In this document: one piece after another, positions 1 through 12,597 of the stretch
Layout of the letters: each line of letters opens with the position of its first letter
Numbering within the stretch: the stretch's first letter is position 1
Origin: Mobula hypostoma
Taxonomy: Eukaryota
Direction of reading: 5' to 3'
Length of the DNA stretch: 64,000 nt
Assembly (NCBI RefSeq): GCF_963921235.1
Contig: NC_086097.1
Coordinates: 10,726,001 to 10,790,000 of the forward strand
Translations under genes and position numbers: made by a program
Notes under the pieces: model-generated
What the model was told of the DNA's origin: nothing
Databases searched by the model: none
Seen by the model: the letters and a program-made list of their open reading frames with translations, nothing else

Positions 1-68
1 GTGTCATCAGCAAACTTGGAGATGCTGCATTTAATTCCCTCATCCAAGTCATTAATATATATTGTAAA
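1..68 (-). mobile_element. CR1 LINE RT fragment (KFADDT region), cut by the window edge
   Basis: Nearly identical to 28541-28608 inside the CR1 RT ORF; the reverse complement encodes ...ISKFADDT. Confidence 0.85.
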
Positions 69-132
69 CGACTGTATGTATAACACTATGCTGAATGAGA
101 TATTAAATGGAATATAACCAATGCAAATAACA

Positions 133-1180
133 TACAAGAGAAAATCTGCAGTTGCTGGAAATCCAAGCAACACACACAAAATGCTGGAGGAACTCAGCAG
201 GCCAGGTAGCATTTATAGAAAGGAGTAGGTCAATTTTTCAGGCCAAGACCCTTAATCAGGACTGGAGAAAAAAAGATGAGGAGTCAAGTTAGAAGGTGCG
301 GGGGGGGGGGCAGGGAGAGGGGAGGGAAAGAAGAAACAAAAGGTGAAGGGTGTAAATGGAGAGGGGGGAGGGATGAAGTAAAGAGCTGGGAAGTTGATTA
401 GTGAAAGAGATACAGGGCTGGAGAAGGGGGAATCTGATAGGAGAGGACAGAAGGCCATGGAAGAAAGAAAAGGATCAGGAGCATCAGAGGGACGTGATCG
501 GAAGGCAGGAGGATAAGGTGAGAGAAGGAAATGGGAATAGGATTGGTGAAGGGGGTGGGGCATTATCGGAAGGTTGAGAAATCAATGTTCTTGCCTTCAG
601 GTTGGAGGCTACCCAGACGGAATGCAAGGTGTTGCTCCTCCAGCCTGAACGTGACCTCCATTCCAACATGTCAGTCCAGTGCCTCCTCTACCATCCTGAT
701 GAGACGATACTCAGGCAGGGGGAGCAACACCTTATATTCCGTCTGGTTAGCCTCCAACCCGGTGGCATTAGCATCGATTTCTTGAACTTCCAGTAATTCC
801 CCCTCCCCTTCACCAGTCCCCATTCCCTTTTCCCTCTCTTTTTATCTCCTTATCTGCCCATCACCCCCCTCTGGTGCTCCTCCCCCCTTTTCTTTCTTCA
901 ATGGTCATCTGTCCTCTCTTACCAGATTCCCCTTCTCCAGTCCTGTATCTCTTTCACCAACCAACTTCCCAGCTCTTTACTTCACCCCTTCCCCACCACC
1001 TCCCGGTTTCACCTCTCACCTTGTGTTTCTCCCTCCCCTCCCCCACCTTCTAACTCTGACTCCTCATCTCTTATTCTTCAGTCCTGATGAAGGGTCTCAG
1101 CCCGAAACATCGACTGTTTACTCCTTTCTATGGACGCTACTTGGCTTGTGGAGTTCCTCCTGCATTTTGCGTGTGTTGGA
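133..1180. mobile_element. Two Penelope-like 3' modules in inverted arrangement (minus copy ~133-660, plus copy ~655-1180)
   Basis: 133-270 is the reverse complement of ~1070-1180; both have pyrimidine/purine-rich tracts and the terminal hammerhead-bearing module also found after the GIY-YIG fragment at 10887. Confidence 0.75.
1079..1116 (+). ncRNA. Minimal type I hammerhead ribozyme motif in a Penelope-like repeat
   Basis: CAGTC-CTGATGA-A-GGG TCTCAG CCC-GAAAC-ATC-GACTG: stem I CAGTC/GACTG, intact CUGAUGA and GAAA cores, stem II GGG/CCC, NUH triplet AUC. Confidence 0.75.
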
Positions 1181-1269
1181 CGTAAATAATATATTATCAT
1201 TTATTATTTAATTGAAGTTTATTAATCAGAATCACCGAAATATTTGTTTGTTAATTCATTTATTGATAT

Positions 1270-1545
1270 ACAGCACGGAACATGCCATTCCAGCCCTTCA
1301 AGCCACACCGCCTAGTAACCCTGATTTAATCCTACCCAATCACAGGACAATTTACAGTGACCAATCAACCTACCAACTGGTAAGCCTTTGGACTGTGGGA
1401 AGAAACGGGAGCGCCCATAGGAAGCCAATACGATCACGGGGAGAACATACAAGCTCCTTCCAGGCAGCTGTGAGAATTGAACCTGGGCCAGGGGGACTGT
1501 ACCACATACTGCTAACCACTACACTACCATGCTGCCCCATATGGT
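1270..1545 (-). repeat. V-SINE/HE1-like SINE. Related copies at ~11945-12150(-), 12775-13070(+), 13950-14270(-), 21780-22050(+), 29070-29310(-), 49430-49680(+), 51995-52285(+), 54355-54660(+), 56845-57130(+)
   Basis: Shared core GGTTTCCTCCGGGTGCTCCGGTTTCCTCCCACAGTCCAAAGAC-like motif, tRNA box-B-like GGTTCAATTC head and TAAATAAA tails. Confidence 0.7.
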
Positions 1546-2229
1546 AGGATATCATATGGAATTTGTTGTTTTGCAAGGCATAGAAATTTGCTTAAGTTTC
1601 TAAAATAAGTAGACAGTGAAAAAAAAACAGTGGAGTTCAAAGTTCAAAGTAAATGTATTATCACAGTACGTATATGTCACCATATACAATCCTGAGATTT
1701 GTATTCTCATGGGCACATTAAGTAAATTCAATAATTGTAACATATTGATTTAGTGTTCATGACAAAACTTAAGGAATACGAGGAGAGCCAACATCTTCAG
1801 ATGTGTGAAACTCCATCCCCTTAATGGTGTTAATGCTGGAAGATTACTAATTTTAAGGAATGGGATAGTTTATTTTTAACTTGAGATTATCAAGTGATAT
1901 AGGACTAATGTGGGGAATAGAGTTAAGGTGGAGGTCAGCCATGATTGACTTGGAAAGGAGAACAGGATAGCCTTCTCTTTTCCCTTAAGCTCTTGAAATA
2001 GATCCATGTTATTAAGATGACAAAATTTGCCTCTCGGTTGCAGTAAGCAAAGTGCAAAACAGTGTTAACATGTACAAAAGACGGAGATTCACAAACTACA
2101 AACCATTAAGGAGCAGAGTTTGGTATCTTGACTTGACTTTGGAGCATAAAAGATTTATTCTACAGCAAGGAATAAAAGAAAACTTATCAGGTAGAAATCT
2201 CTGGAGTCATCGAGTCAGAGAGATACAAC

Positions 2230-4290
2230 GCTGATCTGATTATTGACTACAGCAGGAGGAAACTGGAGGTCCATGAGCCAGTTCCCTACAGGGGATCAGA
2301 TGTGGAGACGGTCAGCGACTTTAAGTTCCTCAGCATTAACATTGCAGAGGATCTGTCCTGGTTCTAACACATAAGTGCTATTACAAAGAAGTCATGGCAG
2401 TGACTCTATTTACCTGGAAGTTTGTGCGAATTTGACATACCATCTAAAACTTTAACAAATTTCTGTAGATACGCAGTGGAGAGTATAGTGATTGGTTGCA
2501 TTACAGCCTAGTATGGGGACACCAGGTACAAAGGTATAAGAAACACAATATTGATGTTAAGGATACTATCAGAATGAGCTATCCAAGTGCAAAAAGATTT
2601 GTTTGTTTTATTGACTACACAAAAGCATTTGATAAAGTGAAGCACAATAAGTTATTTGAAATATTACAGAAAACTCTAGATCTAAGTTCGAAAGACCTCC
2701 GCCTAATCAGAAATCTGTACTGGGAACAAACTGCCGTTGTAAGAATAGATGGAGAAGTGAGTCAGTTTACAAAAATCAAGAGAGGCGTTAGACAAGGCTG
2801 TGTTTTCTCCCCTGATTTATTTAATGTGTACAGTGAAACAATATTACAAAAAATAACAGACATCTTGGGAATCAAAGTTGGCGGTGAAAACATCAATAAT
2901 TTCAGATATGCAGATGACATTGTGTTAATTGCAAGTACGGAGGAAGAACTACAAAACTTAATTGATATAATTGTTGAAGAAAGTGCAAAAATGGGTCTAT
3001 CTATCAATTGCAAAAAGACAGAATGTATGGTGATATCCAAAAAGAAGGAGAATCCTATCTGCAGGCTGAGAATAAATGGGGAAGACATAAAAAAAGTAAA
3101 GAACCTTTCCTACTTAGTAAACTGAGTGGCATCAGATGGCAGGTGCGACTTGGACATCAAAAGAAGAATAGGGATAGCAAAAGACACCTTTACCAGAATG
3201 AAGAGTATACTGACCAATACTAAACTAGGCATGACAACCCACCTCAGAGTACTGAAATGTTATGTTTATCCAGTTATGTTATATGGCTCAGAATGTTGGA
3301 CAATATTTAGTAACATGAGGAAATGAACTGTAGCAGCAAAAATGTGGTTTTTGAGGAGGATGCAAAGAATATCATGGACGAAAGGAATATCTAATGAGGA
3401 TGTCATGAACAGAGCAAACGCAAAAAGAAAAATAATATATGAGATCATGAAAAGGCAACGTAACTTCATTGGACATGTAATTAGGAAAGAGGAGTTAGAA
3501 TGCACAGTAATTATGTGAAAGATCGAAGGGAAGAAAGCAAGAGGAAGACAAAAACAAATGATGGTGGAGACAGCAGTCAGAGAATTTTGAAAATGAATAC
3601 CAATGAATTGATCAACTTGACCCGAAACAGGAGTGTGTGGGCCATGGTAGTCAGAGCTCAAACTGGCCATGGCACCTGATGATGATGATGATGGGGACAC
3701 CAATGCCCTTGAGCAGAAAAGCCTACAGAAAGTAGTGGATACAATGCAGTCCATCACAGGTAAAGCCCACCACAGGTAAGCACATCTACATGGAGCAGTA
3801 TCACAGGAAAGCATCATCCATCATCATGGACACCCACTAACCAAACCATGCTTTCTCTTCATTGCTATCATCAGGAAGGAGGTGCAGGAGTCTCATATCC
3901 CACACCATGAGGTTCGGGAAAAATTATTGCCCCTGAACCATCAGGCTCTTGAACCAGAAGGGATAAATTCACTCACTGCAACGCTGAACTGACTCTACAA
4001 TCTTAGGTTATAGGCTCACTTTTAAGAAATCTGCAACTTGTGTTCTCGATATTTGTTGCTTTTTTATTTACTATTATTATCATTATTTTCTTTGTTTGCA
4101 TTTGCACAGTTTGATGGCTTTTGCACATTGGATGTTAGTTTGTCTTTGTATTGTGTATGGTTTTTCATTGATTCTATTGTGTTTCTTTGTTTGTATTTAC
4201 TGTGAATACCTGAAGCAAAATGAATCTCAGGGTAGTATATAGTGACATAGATGTGCTTTGATAATAATTTCACTTTGAACTTTGAAACAT
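2230..4290 (+). mobile_element. Rex1/Babar-type LINE 3' fragment interrupted by an RTE insertion
   Basis: Colinear with the RT/3' region at 50780-51566 (GAGCTGATT.. CTGTCCTGG.. ACTCTATT.. GCATCATCCATCATC); ends in AATAA..ACTTTGAACTTTGA tail. Confidence 0.7.
2525..3690 (+). mobile_element. 5'-truncated RTE-clade LINE (RT, decayed)
   Basis: Motifs FIDYTKAFD, GVRQGCVFSP, RYADD, YGSECWT; (GAT)n 3' tail; 12-bp TSD ATGGGGACACCA at 2513-2524 and 3691-3702. Confidence 0.9.
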
Positions 4291-5166
4291 ACTCTTCATC
4301 CCACTAAGTCCGTGCTGACCATTGATCATCCATTTACACTGAATCTACCAGATTGTAGTGCTCACCCACACACTGGGACTGATTTACAGTGGCCAATCAA
4401 CCTACAGAGCTGAGTACTTTTAGGTACGCTACTCAGTCTTTTCATGGTTATAAGATATGGATACTATCCACTCACAACCCCTCAGGCTCTTAAACTAAAG
4501 GGGTTAACCTTACTCAACTTTTCTTCGTCATTGAAATGTTCCCACAATCTATGGATTCACTTTCAAGGACTCTTCTCATGTTCTCGATATTTATTGCTTG
4601 TTTATTTGTTATTGTTATTTCTTATTTTATGTATTTGCGCAGTTTGCCTTTTGCACACTGGCTGAAAGCCCAAGTTGGTAAAATCTTTCATTGATTTGAT
4701 TATGGTTACTATTCAATTATAGATATATTGAGTATCCCCGCAAGAAAATAAATTTCAGGGTTGTAGTCCAGTTCTGTGAAAGCACTTCAGATTTTCTCTC
4801 TCAAGTAACAGAGAACTTCCTCCACAAATGTTACAAGATATCACTTTTTAGAAATGTAAATTTTCTGAAAAGCACCAATGAAATATTGAATCACATTCAG
4901 GATGTAAGAGGAAGAATAAAACTTAAAAGGCTTAAACTGAATAAGATTAAATACTTCTATCTCAAACTATGCGAACTACAGACAAATGTATAAATCCTCA
5001 GACCAATGTGTTAAATATGTAATGTTATTGCTGACTGAACATTAAATCTATTGAAAATCAGTTTAAAATCTGAAGTTTTCTGGTAGGATAATGCCAACTT
5101 TACTGCTTCAACTGTTGGGATCCTGAGATTTTATTCATTTTGCAGAGAGATCCTGGTTTACATAGT

Positions 5167-5740
5167 TCCTTAAGGTTGTTATAGCTGGGGGTGGTAATGG
5201 GGATAAGTTTTCACTACCTATTAAATGCTCCCAAAGGCGTGTGTCTCAAATAGCCTCTGACAACCAAGTCCAGATCCCGGCCTTCACACGTGGCTTTACT
5301 GCTAGGCCCAGCAGAACCATTTCTACTGACAGAAGAAAGGGCAAAGGTGGGTTACTGGTGCCTTAAAACCAGTCACTTTGAGTAGATGGGGCTTGTCAAT
5401 CATAGTTGGCAGCTCATCGAGGAGAGGAAAGACTCTGATCTCAAACCTCCACTGCCTTACTGCTATACCCAATCATGGGAAAGACTATGGGAGTAAGCCC
5501 AGAGCTGGAGTCCCTAAGGTAGTCCTGTGTTGAGTTCAACATAGACTGGCAACCCCTGCGACTCTGTTGATGCCAAACTGTGTCAGTCTCTGCCATTCCT
5601 TTGGGTTCATCAGCTGTGAGGAGAGGGGGAGACTGCAGCATGGTCTCCATATCATACTGTCCTGGCTTGCGTAATGTCTGGTGCATCACGTAGACAGCTA
5701 GGATGCAACATCCTTGATCGAACTCAACCAACAAAGGGCC
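5167..5740 (+). repeat. ~570-bp non-autonomous RTE-related repeat. Other copies at ~11300-11680(+), 41580-42235(-), 47995-48565(+), 53820-54285(+)
   Basis: Copies align by eye (TTCTTAAGGTTGTTATAGCTGGGGG...AGGAGAAGGAAAACTCTGA...GGAGTCCCTAAGG). The RTE affinity is inferred from the AGGAGAAGGAAAACTCTGA motif. Confidence 0.6.
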
Positions 5741-8700
5741 TTCTCCTGGCATCCTCCTCCTCCCTAGTGTATGCAATGATGTTCGTGTGCTTGCTTTCAT
5801 TCCCACAATCGCTTCCCACCTGCTGCTAATCTTTAGGTGTGTTGATTTTTTTAGTCTGATAAAAATTGAACCTGCAATTAGCTATCTGCCTAGTTGACAC
5901 TTCAGTGGATGGCTGATACCAGAACCCAGCATCCTTACCCTCCCTCAATGCTCACAACCACTGATGTTCTCAATCCCGTTAATCCACAATACTATTGAGC
6001 ACTCTAGTGCATTCCTGGCCTTCGACTTGGTTCTAAGGTACAGTGGAAATTCACAGCTATGAAACTATATACAGCACTCACACAGATTCCCCTTAATATC
6101 ACCATTTTGATGCAGCTGTAGTAGTGTCCCACTAATGGCTACAGCATTCTGGCCCTTGTGATCCATCCAGAAAGTGACAACTGGGTTGTTGGGAGTAGGC
6201 AGTAGGTCAATGGAAGCAGACATTTTAAATGGTTTGGCATGGACTAGATGGGCCAATGGGCTTGTTTCTCTGCTGTACTTTTCTATAATTCTATGGGTTC
6301 CAACTAAAGTAGCGCCATTTTTTCCTCCAACTCACCTTTCATAGTGCCTCACATTGTTTATATAACTATATATTTATAATAAAACAGCTTTAGTTTTACA
6401 ACATATTTTAGTCAGAACATTTGTCTCAACCTGAAATAAATCCTTTTTTTTTTATTGTACTCATAAACAGAGAGTCTCCTTTGAGTAGGAAGTGTAAACA
6501 TTTATTGCTGTGGAGCATTTTAGTGCATTCAGTATGTAATCCCATTGGAGAGTTTGGTCTTTTAAGTACCAAACTTATTTGTAGAATAGCATTTGTATTG
6601 TCTATATAGGCTCTGAAAAACTTATAAAAGCTATTACTAGCCAAATGTACAAAAATTCATCTGGGAAATATTACAAAATCAGGACATTTCTCCTTTGGTT
6701 CAGTAGTTCTTATGAAATTGCTTTAAGATTATAAATTAAAGATTTATGTTTATTTTCCTCCAGAATCATTGTCTTGGGTAACATTGTGTACATATTCTTT
6801 AAGATTACAGATGATTTTGGCAACCTCTGTTATTTTCAGAGGTGATTTCTATAGTTCTGTATTTTCAGAATTTGTCAGAAATATATTAATGTTACAGATA
6901 ACAAAAAATATGCATTCCTTTGGACATTTTAACATTTACAACATAGGTATTCATGGGATAAATGTACACAGGGTTCTACATCTCTTACTAAACTTTGACA
7001 GAAACCTCTTAGGAAAAGACAAATTTTCAACATTTATGCAATTTCTCTGATCTTGTGCTGCAGTCTGGCAAATAATCTGGAGAATCCCCACTGAACTAAC
7101 AAGCAATCTTATATTCCATTTTAACTGGAACAGCATTTTTGAGGTTGGGAACTTGAAAGGACTCATGAGAAATCTTGAAATTAAACCGTGCGACGTTATT
7201 GGTACAACACATTTATGTGAGTTTTTGTACATGCTAATTAAAAATAAGCAAGCCAACATTTCTATTTGAAATTGTTTACAAAGAATTCATCAAAGAATTT
7301 ATCAAGCATTCATAATAATAGCACTGCAGAGCATTACATTAAGGAATTTACTGCAGTTTACTATTGGGTAAATTCAATATATAGTCAAGATTAAAGTGTC
7401 GAGGATCAAAAGTGGAAAATAACCCTGTGTTCATACCACTTCTCCATGCCAGCCAAGATCCCCTACCTGAGCCCATCCTGTCTGCATTTGGCTGGTTTTC
7501 CTCCCTTCTCACTACTACCATTGGACGAGAGGTAAAGGAGTCCTGGGTCCAATACCTTCAGTTTCAGGAGCAGCGTAGCCCTGCAGCCAATGGGCTGATG
7601 GACCGGATTCACTCGCCTCAGCACCCAACTCTCTCCGCAACCTGTAGACTTACTACTGGGAACTCGGCAGTTCATGTTATAATATATTATTTATTTACAT
7701 TTTTATTATTTGCACAGTTTGTTCTTTTTGAACATTGGATGTTTGTTATTCTTTGGTGTGTGTGGTTTGTTGTTGATTCCATTGCATTTTTTTGTTTTGT
7801 GGCTGCCTGCAAGAAGGTGAATTTCAAGTTTGTATATTGTATAAATATATTGATTATAAATGAACTCTCCAATGAGTTTTAAATTCAATGATATAGTCTT
7901 ATTTGCACTGTTAATTTCATTGAATTGTTACCATTAGTTCTTAACAAAACTTATACTATTTGGGCTTGTGCTTCATATCATAGATTTAAAACTCAAAGAC
8001 TAAATTTTATTCTGGTGTAACTTTATATTTACTGTGAATTCTCACAGAATACATGGATGGGATTTTTAACCAACCCCGGCCGGCTAAGCTGTTCGATCAA
8101 TTAAATATAACGTGTACCCTTATTCTTGATGTGAATCTTGTGTTTATCGGAGTTATGCTACAACTGTGAAAGGATAATTTGGAATGATGATACAAGAAGT
8201 GGCCCTAATGCTGTAGATGCCAGTTCACCTGAAACTGATATTAGTATTTCAAATTGATTCCAAATTAAGTCAGTCCAGCAAAGAGGCATTTTCTCTACCT
8301 CAGTTTTACCTCAAGCCAGTTTTCAGAGTCGACTGCTTTCAGTCCGTGAAAATTGACTTTATTTCTAACATGTGGAAGTTAAATACCTGTAGCATAATTT
8401 TCTCTCATGTCCCAGACCCTTGGAAATACACTCTAACATTCCAATATCCTTTAAATTATTTTCTCTGTGCCTGCCTACTGATTTCTAATCATTCATGAAT
8501 ATGGATCTCTAATTCTTTCTTTCACCTTCCACGCTTCACAGTCTCTCAGCATTTGGAAAGCACTCCCAAGTGAAATACACAAATTCCTTATTGTCCATGA
8601 GGTATAGGGGCAAGGAACTTCCCAGATTGAGAAAAAGCACAAAAATTATGCTGAAGTGCTTCTCATTGGAATCAAATATATTCCTAATAAACAAAATTAA

Positions 8701-9859
8701 GTTCAAATTTATTGTCAATCAACCATACACATGTATACCTCCAAATGAAACATTGTTCCTTCGGACCAAGATGCGCAACAGAGGACATATAACTCATACA
8801 CGTAACATGAAGTAATATTATCACACTTATGTTAACAAATAATAAGGTGCATTTACCACAGGAGAGCAGCCAACATAATTAAATACCCACATTTCTGTTC
8901 TAAAGGGAAGTCCTTCTATCCTGAGGAGGTGCCCACTGATCCTAGACTCTCCCACAATTAGAAACACCTACCCCACACACACTCTATCTAGGCCTTTCAA
9001 TATTCAGTGGGTTTTAATGAGATCTTCCCCCCCCCCGCCCCCATTCTTCTTAACTCCATCAATTCAGTTCATTCACAAAATAATTATCATAAACCTTCTC
9101 TGGCCCCTCTGCAATACCAACACATCCCTATTTAGATAAGGGGCCCAAAGCGGCGCACAATACTCCAAATGTGGTCTGACCAATGCCTTATAAAGTCTCA
9201 GCTATTTCATTATCTTTCTCCAATAAAATCTATGTATTCAATAAATTTTCTTGGCTATAGGCTGTATCTTTATTTCATCAGTAATGCAGACCAGTTCCTT
9301 GAAGTCACTCAGCTTCAGTTCATAATGTTCTCCAACTTTCTTCTCAAACAATTTAATTATCGTTGTCTTTCTTTTAATCAATTATTGCTGTTTCTTTCCT
9401 TGGCAATTTGTGAGTTTCTGCCACACTTATGAAATCAATTTCTTCTTCTATTTGGCCAAGCTTTCATATCCCCTAATCTTTCCCAACTGCCATGGTCTGG
9501 TCTTTTAATCAATTTCTCCCATCGTTTTGCAAATAGTAGAGGCAAGGGGTTGTCTAAGAGTATATTGGAAGAGTTATTGCAGTATTTGTCTCAGTTATTG
9601 CCATCATATGGGAATAATATTTAATTCATGAGGTTTATAAAAATCATGCAGCATAGAGGGAAGGCAATTAACCTCCCTTGCCTGTATCGACTCTTTGAAA
9701 GATCTAACCAATTAATCTCAGTGTCCAGTTCTTGGCTCACAGTTCTGTTAGTTCTTTTTCATTCCAAGACCAATTGTTATTCACCTTGAAAAGTTGCTGT
9801 TAAGTTTGTTATCTTGATAGTTTATTGTCAAGATAGCTGAGTTATCTTGACTATATCTC

Positions 9860-10990
9860 TTCCCACCCCGTCTCCTGTAAAAATTTCTCCTTTTCTCAAT
9901 TTCTTAGTCTCCATTTCATCTGTTCCCAGTATGAGGCTTTCCTTTCCAGAACATCAGAGATGTCTTCCTTCTTCAAAGAATGAGACGTTCCTTCCTCCAC
10001 CATTAGTGCTGTGCTCACCCGCATCTCCGCCATTTCCTGGACATCCATGGTCACTCCATCTTTCCGTCACCTTTACATTGATAGAGTTTCTCTTGCCTTA
10101 CCTACCTCTCCATGAGCCTCTGCATTTTACGCATCATTCTGCACAACTTCTGCCATCTCCAAAGGGATCCTACCACCAAACATATCTTCCCACCTTCCAC
10201 AGGGATTGCTGTCTCAGTGACTCCCTTATCCAGTCGTCCCTCCCCGCTAATCTCTCTCCTGGCACATCCCTGCAAGCAGCCAAAATGCTACACCTGGCCA
10301 TTCACCTCCTACTTCACCTCCGTTCAGAGCTCCAAACAGTCCTTCCAGGTGAGATGCACCTGTAAATCTTCTGAGGTCATCTATTGCATATGATGCCCCT
10401 GATGCGGCTACCTCTATATTGGTGAGAACAGTTGTAAATTGGGGGAGCCTTTTGTTGAGCATCTCCACTCCATTTGCCAAAAGCGGAACTTCCTTGTGCC
10501 TAAACATTTTAATTCCAATTCCTATTTCTGTTCTGAATGTTGGTCCATGGCCTCCTCATGCCCCTCAGGATGGGTAGTGTTTGGGTAGCTCCAATCTTTT
10601 GGAATAAATATTGATTTCTCCTTCTGGGAAATTTTTCCCTCCCCCTCCTCTCTTCTGTTCCCCATTCGGACCTTACCTTACCTTTTCTCACCTGCCTATC
10701 ACCTCTCACCTCTCACTGGGTCCCCTCCTTCTTCCTTTCCTTCTATGGTCTACTCTCCTCTCCTATCAGATTCCTTCCCCTCCAGCCCTTGAACTTTCCC
10801 AACCAACTGGCTTCATCTATTCCATTCTTCTTCCCCTCTCTCACCCCCTCCACCTGCTTATTCTGGCATCTTCCCCTCTTGCTTTCCAGTCCTGAAAAAG
10901 GGTCTCAGCCCGAAACATCAACTGTTTGTTCATTTCCAGGGATGCGGACTGACCTGCTGAGCTCCTCCAGCATTTTGTGTATGTTGCTGT
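9860..10990 (+). mobile_element. Penelope-like element 3' part with decayed GIY-YIG endonuclease and terminal repeat
   Basis: 10370-10465 reads VIYCI*CP*CGYLYIGENSCKLGEPFVEH (GIY-YIG signature); followed by a pyrimidine tract and a degenerate hammerhead module at 10887-10924. Confidence 0.8.
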
Positions 10991-12351
10991 TGAGATCATT
11001 GTTACTTTTAGTTAGTGTATACCACATCTGTCCTAGAGGCTCTTTGACCTCCTGCCATCAGGCAGAAGGTATCACAGCATAGGAACAAGGACTGCTAGGC
11101 TGAGTAATGGCTCCTTCCCCCAGGCTGTGAGACTTTTGAACATCCTGCTACCACTAGTACACATTATTTATGACAGTGCCAGTAGCAGCAATACAGTTGT
11201 ATATTTAACTATATGTTATATATGCACTCTATGTCAAATTGTACACCTACAGATGTTTTAGAAAATTAATTACCCGTTAATGTTATTGTGTTAATATTAT
11301 TTCTTAAAACCAATTACTTCAGGCGGATGGGGCTCATCAGCTGTGGTTGGCAGCTCATCTAAGAGAAGGAAAACTGTTCTCAAACTTCCGCTGCCTTGTG
11401 GTTACACCCACTCATGGAGAGGACTTCAGGAGTAAACTCTGAGGCAAAATCCAGAGCTGGAGTCCCTAAGGCAGTCCTACATTGAGTTCAACGCTGACTG
11501 GCAACTCCTGCAATGCCACTGGTTCAAACTGTATCGGTCTCCACTATTCCTTTGGATTCATCAGCTGTGTGGAGCTGTGTGCTACACGGGCAACAGCTTG
11601 TGCTCCAGATTGTACTGCCCTGGCGAGTATGGCAAGGATGCAATATCCAAGGTCAACCACGACCAACGGAGGGCCTCAATATTATTTAATTTGCTGTATG
11701 TGAGACACGTATTGTGTTTTATACCTTGGTCCCTGAGGAACGCTGTTTCGTCTATCTGTATACATGTGTATAGTTGAATGACAGTAAACTTGAATGTGAA
11801 CTTGGCTATTTGCTGAGACAGAAAGAGTGGGTTTAGCATCTCATCAGTTTAGCTCGCAATATGCGATAATAGATTGATATAGGTTTTATTTATTGTCCTT
11901 TTATTAGGATTTTAAATTCTGTTTGTTTGTCTATTTACTTATTTGAGATACAGCGCAGAATAAGCCCTTTCGGTCCTTTGAGCCACACTGCCCAGCAACC
12001 CCCGATTTAACTCTAGCCTAACCACAGTACAATTTACAATGACCAATTAACCTACCAAATGCTACGTCTTTGGACAGTGGGAGGAAACCAGAGCACCTGG
12101 AGGAAACCCAACTAGTCACGGGGTGAACTTACAGGTCCCTTACAGACAGATTTGTTCTTTTATTGGATTTCAAATCTCAATCTTCAGATCAAAAATCAAA
12201 GGAATTTTTATTCTGAAGAAGGTGGTCATATGTTTATATATTATTGGTTCTGGTGGTACAAGTGGGAAAGGAAGGTGGGGAGATCAATTTGCTGGCTTAA
12301 GGAAAAATAAAAAAGAACACTTACTTGATGGAAACGCATTAAAATGAATCA

Positions 12352-12597
12352 TTTTATTACCCAAAGCTAGTGTCTGACATCCAACTAGACTGCAGCCCAA
12401 TCTCTTGCTAAGGTTTGAGATACGGGCAACTCTGCAGTCAGCAAATATCCATCTTAGACTGGCTTGTTAAAACTTCTCCATAGGACAATTTTAAAGATGG
12501 ATATTTGCTGACTGCAGAGTTGCCCGTATCTCAAACCTTAGCAAGAGATTGGGCTGCAGTCTAGTTGGATGTCAGACACTAGCTTTGGGTAATAAAA
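12352..12597. repeat. Perfect inverted repeat: 104-bp arms (12352-12455, 12494-12597) with a 38-nt spacer
   Basis: Arms compared base by base; no mismatch found. Confidence 0.95.

Noticed and set aside
252..563. Pro/Ser/Phe-rich ORFs (also 10611-10895, 38250-38627, 62387-62751)
   Set aside because: Translations of the pyrimidine tracts of Penelope-like repeats.
5270..5320. HDV-like ribozyme at the 5' end of the RTE-related repeat (TTCAC loop-like motif)
   Set aside because: I could not build a consistent P1/P2/P3 nested pseudoknot by eye; it needs a descriptor search on the family consensus.
6660..6720. KCPDFVIFP on the minus strand as a viral PD-(D/E)xK endonuclease motif
   Set aside because: A single short motif in a stop-riddled frame with no supporting polymerase motifs.
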